From positions 1,024,001 to 1,088,000 of the forward strand of contig OZ220744.1 of NCBI GenBank assembly GCA_965116925.1: a stretch of DNA of 64,000 nt, given 5' to 3'. This DNA is from Candidatus Poribacteria bacterium. Lineage in GTDB: Bacteria; Poribacteria; WGA-4E; PCPOR2b. Made by a program: the position numbers and the translations under genes. Shown piece after piece: positions 28,066 through 37,406 of the stretch (positions within the stretch are counted from its first letter, which is position 1; every line of letters begins with the position of its first letter). The notes under the pieces were generated by a model. The model worked only from the letters and a program-made list of their open reading frames with translations, ran no database searches and was not told the origin of the DNA.

Positions 28066-30591
28066 ATGACATGGATTAAACATTTTACAGAAATTGATGA
28101 TGCTGATCTACTGCTTGTCGGTGGAAAAGGGTTAAATCTTGGCAAGTTGACAGCAGCGGGATTTCTTGTGCCCCCCGGCTTTTGTGTTACGACTGATGCT
28201 TATCGTGCCACCGTTGGGACGGTTGATACACAGAATCGCGATGCTGTCCAAGCCGCTACACTATCGGAGTCACTTCAATCGGAGATTTTAGCAGCTTATA
28301 ACGAATTAGCTGCAGATTCGGTTGCGGTGCGTTCGTCTGCCACCGCAGAGGATCTCCCTGATGCCAGTTTTGCCGGACAACAGGACACATTCCTAAATGT
28401 ATCCGGGGCATCTGAACTTTTAGAGAAGATTCAGGCGTGCTGGGTGTCGTTGTGGTCGGATCGTGCCGTTGCCTATCGCCGTGAACACGGAATTGAGGAT
28501 GCACAGTTGGCAATGGCTGTTGTGGTACAGACAATGGTCGACGCTGAGGTCTCCGGCGTTATGTTTACTTGCAGCCCGACAGGAAGGGATGAACTCGTCA
28601 TCGAGTCAAACTGGGGGTTGGGTGAGTCCATTGTTTCCGGTGAGATTACCCCCGATCATTTTATGATTTCACGAGAAACCGGAAATCTCATCCGTGAGAC
28701 TGTAGTAAGCAAGCGGAAGATGGTCGCACGCGAGGGAGTGCAAGCAGTCCCAATCGGTCAGCGAGAGATTCCAAGTTTACAACGTGGACAGGTTGCTGAA
28801 CTCGGCAAGCTGGGTATGCAGGTGGATGCGTTCTATGGGACGCCCCAAGATGTCGAATGGGCACACGCCAAAGGGCAATTCTATCTGCTGCAGGCGCGTC
28901 CCATAACAACGCTCACAGACGCGGCAGAGATTGAGCTGCTACGCCGTCAGGAAATTGAAGCCCTCCAGAAAAAAGCCGATGAAGGTGGAACGGTGTGGAG
29001 TCGATACAATCTCTCCGAAGTGCTACCCGCGCCTCTCCCCATGACATGGACAATCATGCAGGAATTTATGTCAGGTCGAGGTGGATTTGGACTGGCCTGC
29101 CGTGAGTTGGGGTTCCTTCCTAGCCGCAGGTTTGATGAGGAGGGAGTGTTGGATCTAATCTGTGGGCGGCTTTACTTCAACTTGAACCGAGAGGTAGAAT
29201 TCAATTTCCATGGGTTTCTGTTTGAACACAATTTTCAGCAACTCAAACGTGACCCACATAAAGCAATCTATCCACAGCCAACCCCGAACATCAAGCGCAG
29301 TAACGTCCTGTTTTGGAGCAAGTTTCCCTACTATATCGTTAAGGCAATTACTGCCGAACTCAAACATAGCAAAATTCGTAAAGATCTGGACAGAATTCTA
29401 TCCGAAAAAATCTTTCCAACGTTTGAACAGTATGTTCAGACTCAAAAACAGGTTTCACTCGAAGAACTGTCAGATCAACAGGTGATTGACAAATTCCACG
29501 AATGGCGTGAGAAAACACTCAACGAATTTGCTAAGGACGCGCTCAAAGCAACGGTGTTTGCGAGTTTTTCTTATCAGCAGTTGGAAATCACGCTGCAAAA
29601 GTGTTTTGGTGAAGAGGAGGCAAAAGATCTCGCTAGACTGTTAATCACAGGGTTGGAAGGTGACCTAACCGTTGATGCCAATCTGAAAATGTGGGAGGTC
29701 GCACAGGACAAACTTACACTGGAAGATTTCTTGGAAAAACACGGACATCGGTCGGTTGGCGAATTTGAGTTAGCACAGCCCCGCTGGCGTGAGGACCCTT
29801 CCTACGTCGAACAGGTTATCGCATCGTTCCATACCAATCCCAATGCCAATCCGATGAAGCATCTTCAAACCCAAAGGGCGAATCGGGAAAAAGCAAAAAG
29901 GAGATTGGCACGGTTACCGGTAAGCAAAGCAGCCGCGTTTCGGAAGCGAATCAATGAAGTGCTTGCTCTCACACAACGGTATATGCCCTTCCGGGAAACC
30001 GCGAAGTTCTATCTCATGCTCGGCTACGAATTAATCCGAAAAGCCTTGCTGGTACTCGATCGACGCTATCAACTTGACGGTGGTATCTTTTATCTTGTGC
30101 CTGATGAGTTAGATCGGCTCATCGAGGGAGAAGACCTTCAATCGATTGTTGTGGAACGTAAAACAGCCCGATCACGATTATTGAAGATTGAGCTGCCGGA
30201 TGTCATATACAGCGATATCCTTAACCGTGTCGGTGAGCCTCAAGCAATTGAAGCAAAAAATGAGATCCAAGGAGTTGGGGTGTCGGTTGGCGTCGCTACC
30301 GGCGAGGCGTATGTTCTCCGAGATCCAGCCGATGCACAGATTGCTGGTAAAAATTATATCTTGGTCTGTCCCTCAACAGATCCGGGTTGGACCCCACTCT
30401 TTCTTCACGCCGCTGGGTTGGTGATGGAGTATGGCGGTATGCTGTCGCACGGTGCTATCGTTGCACGGGAATATGGCATTCCGGCGGTAGTCAATGTTGC
30501 CGCCGCAACACAACGCTTCCAATCCGGTCAACGGCTGCGCGTTGACGGTAGTCGAGGGATTATCTCAATTTTAGAGGACGAATCTGTGTAA
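28066..30591 (+). CDS. PEP-utilising small-molecule dikinase (rifampicin phosphotransferase/PPS-like architecture)
   Basis: GGKG.NL, VRSSATAEDLPDASFAGQQDT, WGLGE, DVEWA, LQARPIT; C-terminal swivel domain TDPGWTPLF...GGMLSHGAIVAREYGIPAVV. Confidence 0.85.
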   Translation: MTWIKHFTEIDDADLLLVGGKGLNLGKLTAAGFLVPPGFCVTTDAYRATVGTVDTQNRDAVQAATLSESLQSEILAAYNELAADSVAVRSSATAEDLPDASFAGQQDTFLNVSGASELLEKIQACWVSLWSDRAVAYRREHGIEDAQLAMAVVVQTMVDAEVSGVMFTCSPTGRDELVIESNWGLGESIVSGEITPDHFMISRETGNLIRETVVSKRKMVAREGVQAVPIGQREIPSLQRGQVAELGKLGMQVDAFYGTPQDVEWAHAKGQFYLLQARPITTLTDAAEIELLRRQEIEALQKKADEGGTVWSRYNLSEVLPAPLPMTWTIMQEFMSGRGGFGLACRELGFLPSRRFDEEGVLDLICGRLYFNLNREVEFNFHGFLFEHNFQQLKRDPHKAIYPQPTPNIKRSNVLFWSKFPYYIVKAITAELKHSKIRKDLDRILSEKIFPTFEQYVQTQKQVSLEELSDQQVIDKFHEWREKTLNEFAKDALKATVFASFSYQQLEITLQKCFGEEEAKDLARLLITGLEGDLTVDANLKMWEVAQDKLTLEDFLEKHGHRSVGEFELAQPRWREDPSYVEQVIASFHTNPNANPMKHLQTQRANREKAKRRLARLPVSKAAAFRKRINEVLALTQRYMPFRETAKFYLMLGYELIRKALLVLDRRYQLDGGIFYLVPDELDRLIEGEDLQSIVVERKTARSRLLKIELPDVIYSDILNRVGEPQAIEAKNEIQGVGVSVGVATGEAYVLRDPADAQIAGKNYILVCPSTDPGWTPLFLHAAGLVMEYGGMLSHGAIVAREYGIPAVVNVAAATQRFQSGQRLRVDGSRGIISILEDESV

Positions 30592-30675
30592 TGATTCGTT
30601 CATTCATACTCAATAGGTTTTCGGTCACATTAATCTGCTTCAGCAATAAATTTTAACGATTCATCGTAATCATAC

Positions 30676-30704
30676 TTGACAAAGATTCCTAATCAGGGTA
30701 AACT
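30676..30704 (+). promoter_or_regulatory. sigma70-type promoter for nadA
   Basis: TTGACA-17 bp-TAAACT. Confidence 0.55.
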
Positions 30705-30837
30705 CTAGGGCAATCCAACAAACAACAAAGATTTCCCCCATTTTTTTGCGGTATACCAAGCAGATCTTTAGAACTACGAAACTCAAATCAGAAATTCGAG
30801 GCGAAAAACGCCCTGACAAATTTAGGGGTGAGAAGAA

Positions 30838-31947
30838 ATGAATTCCCAACCAACAGTATCCCAACACAATATAGATAAATCAGTGCTCAGTGTTGAAAGT
30901 GTGAAAAAAGAGCTTTATAAGCGGAACCATCCCAGCTTAACACCTATTGACATTGAAGCGCACGCAGAAACAGTGTATCAAATATTGAGACTGAAGGAAA
31001 AGCACAATGTAGTGATACTCGGCCATAATTACATGGAGCCTCTCGTATTTGGTTTGTCGACAAAGAGTGAGCAAGGTGATTCACTTGGGTTGAGCATGTA
31101 CGCTGCAAAGACCGATGCACCATACATCCTCTTTAACGGTGTGCCGTTCATGGCGGAAACTGCGAAAATCCTCAATCCTTCAAAAACGGTTCTCGCTGCA
31201 GATAAGACAGCGGGCTGCTCCTTAGCGGATAATTTTGGGGCTAAAGAGGTCAGGAAGCTAAAGGCATTCTATCCAGGGGTTCCTGTCATGATTTACATCA
31301 ATAGCTACGCCGATGCAAAGGCGGAGTCGGACATCTGTTGTACGTCCGCAAATGCCGCCCAAATCGCCCGAGAAATGCCGGGTAATGAGATTCTTTTTGT
31401 GCCTGACATTTACTTCGCGGAGAATTTAGAGGAGGAACTGAAGGGAACGAAAACAGTCTTCTACCCCGGTAAAGGGAACCAAGAAAGAGGAGCCGTATGT
31501 GAGGTGCATGAAAAATTCCTGCTTTCAGACCTGTTAGCGATACGTAATTCATTTGACATCCCCAAAGGTCATCCCACGAGAATACTTTATGCACACTGGG
31601 AATGTCGTCCTGAGGTGCTTCAGGAAGCCGATTTTTACGGCAGTACCAGCCAGATAGGGCAGGACATTGCAAAGCGGGTAGAGGAGAATCGGTTGGAACG
31701 TGCTTTTGTTGCTTCCGAGTGCGAACTGACCTCCAACTTGGCGCAAGAATTCCCGACCGTACAATTTTCGACCGCATGTTCTGTACGGTGTTCCCACATG
31801 GCGAAGGTCACACTCAATAAAGTGCTTAATGTCCTACAGGCACTTGATAAAGGCGACGATTTGAGTCCGCACGAAGTTACACTTATGCCGGAGGTCATCG
31901 AACGGGCAAGAACACCAATTGAGCGGATGCTTGAGTTAAGCGCGTGA
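30838..31947 (+). CDS. nadA: Quinolinate synthase
   Basis: ILGHNYM, GDSL.LS, GV.FMAETAKILNP, AGCSLA, YINS, CTSANA, CEVH, HWEC, GSTS, CSHM. Confidence 0.95.
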   Translation: MNSQPTVSQHNIDKSVLSVESVKKELYKRNHPSLTPIDIEAHAETVYQILRLKEKHNVVILGHNYMEPLVFGLSTKSEQGDSLGLSMYAAKTDAPYILFNGVPFMAETAKILNPSKTVLAADKTAGCSLADNFGAKEVRKLKAFYPGVPVMIYINSYADAKAESDICCTSANAAQIAREMPGNEILFVPDIYFAENLEEELKGTKTVFYPGKGNQERGAVCEVHEKFLLSDLLAIRNSFDIPKGHPTRILYAHWECRPEVLQEADFYGSTSQIGQDIAKRVEENRLERAFVASECELTSNLAQEFPTVQFSTACSVRCSHMAKVTLNKVLNVLQALDKGDDLSPHEVTLMPEVIERARTPIERMLELSA

Positions 31948-31977
31948 AACACCAAAATATCTGAAAATGATACCAAC

Positions 31978-32011
31978 AAAAAAGGCTCCCATAAACTTGG
32001 GAGCCTTTTTT
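31978..32011. terminator. Bidirectional intrinsic terminator between convergent nadA and mini-gene cluster
   Basis: AAAAAAGGCTCCCA-TAAACT-TGGGAGCCTTTTTT. Confidence 0.85.
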
Positions 32012-32041
32012 ATTGATATAACTGGATATCGAGTCGATTTG

Positions 32042-32248
32042 TCAACCCTCGAGTTTCACAACATTTTCTGCCTGATAATCTTTGGGGCTTTGTACAATCT
32101 CAAACTCGACCTCTTCTCCCTCATCAAGGGATTTGAAGCCAATCCCTTCGATGGCTGAATAATGTATAAACACATCTTCCCCTGAATCGGTGGTGATGAC
32201 CCCATCACCCTTTTGGTTGCTAAACCATATATAGCGTTGCTCAGTCCA
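32042..32248 (-). pseudogene. Cold-shock domain without its own start codon, in frame with the upstream ORF after its TAG
   Basis: Own translation: WTEQRYIWFSNQKGDGVITTDSGEDVFIHYSAIEGIGFKSLDEGEEVEFEIVQSPKDYQAENVVKLEG*. Not in the ORF track. Confidence 0.8.
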
Positions 32249-32476
32249 CTATTTTAATTTTTCATCGTGCTGTTGAATGTAAAGATCTGTGAGATATTCC
32301 TTCATTTCATCAACACTTTTTTGGAGTGCGTTAAGGTCTGCTTGGATTTGTGTGAGCACCTCCTGGCTACCCTCATTTCTGTTTTCAAATTGATATTTCT
32401 TTTTTACTATGTCACCGATAGTTTGAATAGCTACAATTACAACAATAAATAAGCCTACAAAGAAAAATACTTCCAT
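32249..32476 (-). CDS. Small N-terminal TM / coiled-coil protein (paralog 3)
   Basis: MEVFFFVGLFIVVIVAI TM, KKKY, heptad LTQIQADLNALQKSVDEMKEYLTDL; GGAGG SD. Confidence 0.75.
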   Translation of the reverse strand: MEVFFFVGLFIVVIVAIQTIGDIVKKKYQFENRNEGSQEVLTQIQADLNALQKSVDEMKEYLTDLYIQQHDEKLK

Positions 32477-32566
32477 TATGTTCAAGCCTCCATTTACGGT
32501 GTTAGAGGTTAGAATGGTCTGGTCCAATAATTAAAATTACTCAATCATAGCCTATTGTTGACCAAT

Positions 32567-32851
32567 TCATTGGTTCCTCTCATATTGACTACATGGTGTT
32601 TTGGTACTTCGATTGTGATGAATAATGATCAGGTCCGCGATATGCTCGCGAATCTCCTCTAAATCTGCAGAAAGGCTTCGCAGATCCAATTGTAACTGAT
32701 TGTACGTCTCCTTTGCTTGGTTGGGATGGTATCCGCGCTTCTTCAAAGCATAGGACGTTCCTAACCAGACGGAGATTAGGGTAACAACCGTGATCGTCCC
32801 CATCACAATTGCGACAATCCACACAGCAAGGGCCATCGAATGTTCCTCCAT
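32567..32851 (-). CDS. Small N-terminal TM / coiled-coil protein (paralog 2)
   Basis: TM helix, SVWLGTSYALKKRG, LQLDLRSLSADLEEIREHIADL. Confidence 0.8.
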   Translation of the reverse strand: MEEHSMALAVWIVAIVMGTITVVTLISVWLGTSYALKKRGYHPNQAKETYNQLQLDLRSLSADLEEIREHIADLIIIHHNRSTKTPCSQYERNQ

Positions 32852-33084
32852 TATGCGGCATCTTTTGTGACGATGACCAGTTCAGCAATTTGCTCTTTGA
32901 GCTCAGCAATATCTTGCTGAATCTGCGCGATATCATGCTGTACCTGCTCAAGTTCGCGGTTCGTTACACCTCTCGTCAACCCGCGTTTTTTAGCAGCGTA
33001 AGAGGTTCCCATCCATACCGATCCGAGCACAATCACCGCGATACTGACAAATACAATTGTAATAATCGCAATCATGCCACTCAT
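32851..33084 (-). CDS. Small N-terminal TM / coiled-coil protein (paralog 1)
   Basis: TM helix, SVWMGTSYAAKKRG, VQHDIAQIQQDIAELKEQIAEL; AAGGAG SD. Confidence 0.8.
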   Translation of the reverse strand: MSGMIAIITIVFVSIAVIVLGSVWMGTSYAAKKRGLTRGVTNRELEQVQHDIAQIQQDIAELKEQIAELVIVTKDAA

Positions 33085-33295
33085 GCAATTCTCCTTTGGC
33101 TTTTGGAGTTATAAATACCATTAAGATGAGGTATAAGATTTTTGCCACTCTTGAATGAATGATTCGCACCAGCTTAGTGCATATCGGCAGGAATATGTGA
33201 ACGGTTTGAGCAGAGCCCTGATTGTACTTGGTAGTATCGCCCTACGCGGAAACACCCACTTGCTATGTACTAAGGATATATCAAACCTACCCATC

Positions 33296-34720
33296 TCATA
33301 TTCTGTTTCTTGCGAGTCGCCTAGTGTCTGGCTTTCTACAAAGTTCATAGACTAGCTGTTCTAAGATGCACTCCGGATCTAATTGACTGCTCTTGAGTTG
33401 GACATCCGCTTCTAATGTTTGTTCTAATCCGTGGACTAGCTCCTCCGTGCTGAAAAAAGGAATTGCTTGGATAATTTTATAAGCAGCGTAAGGATTCTGC
33501 TTGAGAAGATTGACCTGCGCTGCGGTGGGAAGGGAACTCGACATCTTTGTGGCAAGTGGTTTGAAGACATTATCTGCGAAACTTTGGTAATTCATTCGAT
33601 CCACTGTCGGTTTTAGCTCACCTTGTTCAGTAAGCAGTTTTGCTTGGAGCGTGAGCCTGATTTGTCGAGCGATAAGTGCGTTGACTTTGATTGGTGGTTC
33701 GCCGCTTTCTAGAACGCTGTGGAGACTGGACAGTGCTTGCGAAACGGATCTTTTCCCAAGGGCGTCGGTAAGCGCGAAGATGTTCTCAAAACTACTCTGG
33801 GCTATAACGGTTTCGATATCTCGTTCGTCAATTCTTGTCTTATCTCCAACAAAAGCGATTATCTTTTCGATTGCTTCTGCAATCAGGTGCATATCGTTTC
33901 CTGTTCGTCTCTGAAGAAGATTAAAAGAACTAGGCGAAATCTTCTTTCCGAATGTTGCGAGCTTCCTGGAAACACCTTGGTAGACCCGATCTTGCTGGCT
34001 TGATCTCCCGGGCTCTAGCGAGGCAAACGAGGCATACCTGCCTACACGACCAATCAATTTGACAAGCCGACTGCGGCCATCAACGTTTCCTTTGACAGTA
34101 AAGATTAGAACACTCGTTTTGGGCAGTGCCCCGTCTAACCACTCGGTTAGGATTTCAGTATCATCAGCTGCGCCTGATATGTGTTGGAAATCATCAATTT
34201 GGGCGGTAAGTTGCGGCAGGTTGCGGAGAAATTCGAGGTCTTCAGGACTCAAGCCTGCTTCGTTTTCCTCGATGAGATCGCCGATGATCTCTCTGAAATC
34301 GCTATTCTCATCAGCGATATCCTGCGCTGAAACGCCCAAAACCTTGACCATCAGTGCGATTGCCTTTCGTGGATTGCCTTCTTCGGCGGCTTCAGCGGCA
34401 CTTTGTATTATCTCCGGCGATGATGGGCCCTGCTGCCTTTTGAACACCGTGGCTTCGCTCACAACAACAACGCGCCAATCTGCCATCACTGGATAAAGCT
34501 CTACTGCGCTAAGAATTTCACGAACAGAGACTTCTGCGCCATCAAGATGAGTCAAATTAAAATCACGGGTCTCAGGTGACAGAAGATTTTCAAGCATCTG
34601 CTTGAGGGTGCTTTCTACCAGATACTGTTCTTCGCCGCACAGCAGGTAAACAGGACGAACCTTGCCGGCTTGCATTTCCTTAATAATATTCGGTGTTGTG
34701 GCTTGCGCTGGTTGTCTCAT
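33296..34720 (-). CDS. holA: DNA polymerase III subunit delta (with internal insertion)
   Basis: PVYLLCGEEQYLV, FNL..LDG, P.MA..RVVVV, IEK...F, IFALTDAL, D.QLKSS...LEQL. Confidence 0.88.
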   Translation of the reverse strand: MRQPAQATTPNIIKEMQAGKVRPVYLLCGEEQYLVESTLKQMLENLLSPETRDFNLTHLDGAEVSVREILSAVELYPVMADWRVVVVSEATVFKRQQGPSSPEIIQSAAEAAEEGNPRKAIALMVKVLGVSAQDIADENSDFREIIGDLIEENEAGLSPEDLEFLRNLPQLTAQIDDFQHISGAADDTEILTEWLDGALPKTSVLIFTVKGNVDGRSRLVKLIGRVGRYASFASLEPGRSSQQDRVYQGVSRKLATFGKKISPSSFNLLQRRTGNDMHLIAEAIEKIIAFVGDKTRIDERDIETVIAQSSFENIFALTDALGKRSVSQALSSLHSVLESGEPPIKVNALIARQIRLTLQAKLLTEQGELKPTVDRMNYQSFADNVFKPLATKMSSSLPTAAQVNLLKQNPYAAYKIIQAIPFFSTEELVHGLEQTLEADVQLKSSQLDPECILEQLVYELCRKPDTRRLARNRI

Positions 34721-34856
34721 AGATACATGACCTAATACTTTGTAGAAAAAACGATGAGGGAGTTATCTTGCTTTATCAAGAGGCATGATTCGGTAGTTGG
34801 CTTGAATCTCAACCACATCGGAGAGAGTCGGAAGGCTTCACAACCCAATGGGCACA

Positions 34857-35759
34857 CTATCCTGCACGGTCGGGAAATCTTAGAAACCGTTTCGCATTCT
34901 CACCCATAATGTCATCGTATTCGTCGTCGCGTAGATCCGGTAACAGTTCTTTGAGGATGCCAGTGAGTTGACCGTAGCCGGGGTCTTCTAAGATCCACGG
35001 AAAATCGGTTGCCCACATCAGACGTTTTGCACCAAAAAGATCGAGGATTCGCTGGTGCCATCGGGCAAGATCCCGATAGGGATATGCTTCATTGCTAAAG
35101 GCGTATTGACCTGATATATGCATCATTACATTTTCAAAGCAGGCGAGCCGGTGGGTCGTGTGGAAAGCAGGATTATACTCGACTGTTTCAATTCGTGGAC
35201 GTCCCTTCGCGTCCCAAGAGAATTTCCCTTTGCCAGGGCAGATGCCAAGGTGGTTCAATACGACCCGAACTTGGGGAAAGGCGTCAATCAGATGCTGGAG
35301 CAGATGTGCATCAATCGCGCGCGGATAGAGCCAAAGCACATAATCTTTCTCTGCAGCATGTTTCCAGATAGGGTAGGTCTTGATTTCCTTGATGTTGATC
35401 CGAGCAAAGGGATCTCGCGGACCTCCAATCGAAGACAGCCGAAAGCCGATAATCCCGGTGCCATCTGTCAGTCTGTCCATGTGATCTTCCGGCTCGGTGA
35501 GATCTGGCGGGACTAATCCAATGCCGAGGAAGCGATCGGGATACGCTTTCAAACAGTGTAGCAGATAGGCATGGTGCTTGATTTCAGTGCCGCCAGTTTG
35601 CACGAGCATTGCTTGGTCAATGCCGTTTGCTTCCATTTCGCTGAGTAGTTTTTCGGCAGTTTCTTCTCGATCCGGCGGACAGACTGGGGTCGGTTCTCTC
35701 GGAAATTCAGGGGAAACCTTAGCGAAAACGTGGAGATGGGAATCTATTCGCGTCATCAT
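34857..35759 (-). CDS. Amidohydrolase_2 family protein
   Basis: IDSHLHV, VVLNHLG, FGAKRLMWATDFPW, GENA. Confidence 0.9.
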   Translation of the reverse strand: MMTRIDSHLHVFAKVSPEFPREPTPVCPPDREETAEKLLSEMEANGIDQAMLVQTGGTEIKHHAYLLHCLKAYPDRFLGIGLVPPDLTEPEDHMDRLTDGTGIIGFRLSSIGGPRDPFARINIKEIKTYPIWKHAAEKDYVLWLYPRAIDAHLLQHLIDAFPQVRVVLNHLGICPGKGKFSWDAKGRPRIETVEYNPAFHTTHRLACFENVMMHISGQYAFSNEAYPYRDLARWHQRILDLFGAKRLMWATDFPWILEDPGYGQLTGILKELLPDLRDDEYDDIMGENAKRFLRFPDRAG

Positions 35760-36472
35760 TCCTCCAAACCGAAAAGTTTGCGCCGTTCCGGTGTCGTACA
35801 GAGATGAGCAATGGAGGTAAACCGTTTGGAATCTACACGGTCCGGCGTCCGTTTTTCGTAAATGAGGATGAGTGATTTTCGTGGGGTATCTGTGTGGTTA
35901 TCCATGGCAGTATGCCAGCCGTACGAGTTGAACATAATCGCAGTGCCTGCTTTTCCCGAAAACCGCTTATGACCGGGCATTGCTTCTAGCCGTTGTGCTT
36001 TGGAGTAAGGGCCCGCATCGGGTTTGTGGCTTCCCGGCACAAACGCAAATTCACCAGATTCAGGTTCGACATCGTTCACGTAAACTTGGACTTTAATGTG
36101 CAGCGGGTTGCTCTGTGGCACATCGGGATGCCAACCAGTATAACAGACAGGTCCGGGTGGAACAGTGCGGACCTGTGGTCCCAACAGAATCAAATCGTCG
36201 TCCGTAAATGCCATCAAACTGCCATAATAGCTAGGATGATCAATCATGTCTACAAAAATGTCATCTTTTACGAAGGGATCGGGGATGTCATAAAACGACG
36301 CGGCCGCTTCACCCGCCTCTATGCGGTCTAACCATGCGGGTTTGCACTCTTCTGCCCAATAATCAAAGGCGTTTTGGAGTCGCTTCAACTCATCACCCTG
36401 GATCGCATCTTCAAAGACAAGGTAACCTTTTTCTTCCCATTGTGTTGTTTGGATTTCGGTGGGTCTAATCAT
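35756..36472 (-). CDS. PhyH family dioxygenase
   Basis: GYLVFEDA, WHPD, FVPGSH, AG.A..F....WH. Confidence 0.88.
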   Translation of the reverse strand: MIRPTEIQTTQWEEKGYLVFEDAIQGDELKRLQNAFDYWAEECKPAWLDRIEAGEAAASFYDIPDPFVKDDIFVDMIDHPSYYGSLMAFTDDDLILLGPQVRTVPPGPVCYTGWHPDVPQSNPLHIKVQVYVNDVEPESGEFAFVPGSHKPDAGPYSKAQRLEAMPGHKRFSGKAGTAIMFNSYGWHTAMDNHTDTPRKSLILIYEKRTPDRVDSKRFTSIAHLCTTPERRKLFGLEE

Positions 36473-36534
36473 AGAGTTCCTCCTACTCTTGAATCAATAT
36501 CACGGTGGCGAGAAGTCCTTATGTTTCCGCCGTC

Positions 36535-37308
36535 TCACAGGTTGTTGATCTTTTCCATTTCTTCAGGTGTTAGTTCCCAATCAAACAGGTCAAGATTTTC
36601 TCTTAGATGGGGGTCAGAACTCGATTTGGGAATCACGATTAAACCCTTCTGAAGCAGCCATCGCAAGGCGATCTGTGCCGCTGTTTTTCCGTGGTTGTCA
36701 CCAATGCCTCCCAAAACCGGATCGTCAACGATTTTTCCAACTGCTAGTGGACGATGGGCGGTCAGGGGAATCTGGAGTGCATGACAGTGCTGCAAAAGAG
36801 CCTCGTGTTGGCTATGGGCGTGATATTCCACCTGATTGGTCGTGATGGGTGCCTGAGAAATTGCTCTTGCCTGATCCACCTGTTCGATACTAAAGTTGCT
36901 GATGCCGATACTTTTTGCCTTACCTGCATCATGTATCTCGTTGAATGCGGACAAGGTTTCCTCCATCGGCACAGTGCCATCGCCGGGGTGATGAACTAGT
37001 AACAAATCTACATAATCAGTTTGTAGATCCGCTAGGCATTCATCAAATTGGGAGTGTACTTGGTCATATTTTAAGTGCGTGTGCCAAATCTTAGAGGTAA
37101 TATAAAGATCCTCCCTAACCGCACCGATTTCCCGCAGCGCATCTCCAATTTCCTTCTGGTTAGCGTACATCCAAGCGGTGTCGATGTGGTTGTAACCGAG
37201 TTCAAGTGCTATCTTGACAACGGTTTTGCACTGTTCGTCCCGCAAGTTCCAAGTCCCAAGTCCCAAAACAGGGATGTCATGTCCCGATATAAGTTGGATT
37301 GTCTCCAT
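36535..37308 (-). CDS. Aldo/keto reductase
   Basis: LGLGTW, IDTAWMY, TSK, DLLLVH.P, IGISNF, NQVEYH, VIPKSS...LRENL. Confidence 0.95.
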   Translation of the reverse strand: METIQLISGHDIPVLGLGTWNLRDEQCKTVVKIALELGYNHIDTAWMYANQKEIGDALREIGAVREDLYITSKIWHTHLKYDQVHSQFDECLADLQTDYVDLLLVHHPGDGTVPMEETLSAFNEIHDAGKAKSIGISNFSIEQVDQARAISQAPITTNQVEYHAHSQHEALLQHCHALQIPLTAHRPLAVGKIVDDPVLGGIGDNHGKTAAQIALRWLLQKGLIVIPKSSSDPHLRENLDLFDWELTPEEMEKINNL

Positions 37309-37343
37309 CTAATCTACCTCGCAGTGTTGGGATTATCTCTACC

Positions 37344-37371
37344 GTAGGGAACGCAGATCTGCGTTCCCTAC
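37344..37371. repeat. Perfect 28-bp GTAG-type palindrome (REP-like)
   Basis: GTAGGGAACGCAGA|TCTGCGTTCCCTAC, intergenic between purH and the AKR gene. Confidence 0.8.
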
Positions 37372-37406
37372 ATCACGGTTAACGGTATCCTTTTTTATTT
37401 CTCCTC

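Noticed and set aside
30705..30837. NAD+ riboswitch in the nadA leader
   Set aside because: CAACAA-rich start is suggestive, but I could not build the expected paired structure; needs an Rfam/Infernal search.
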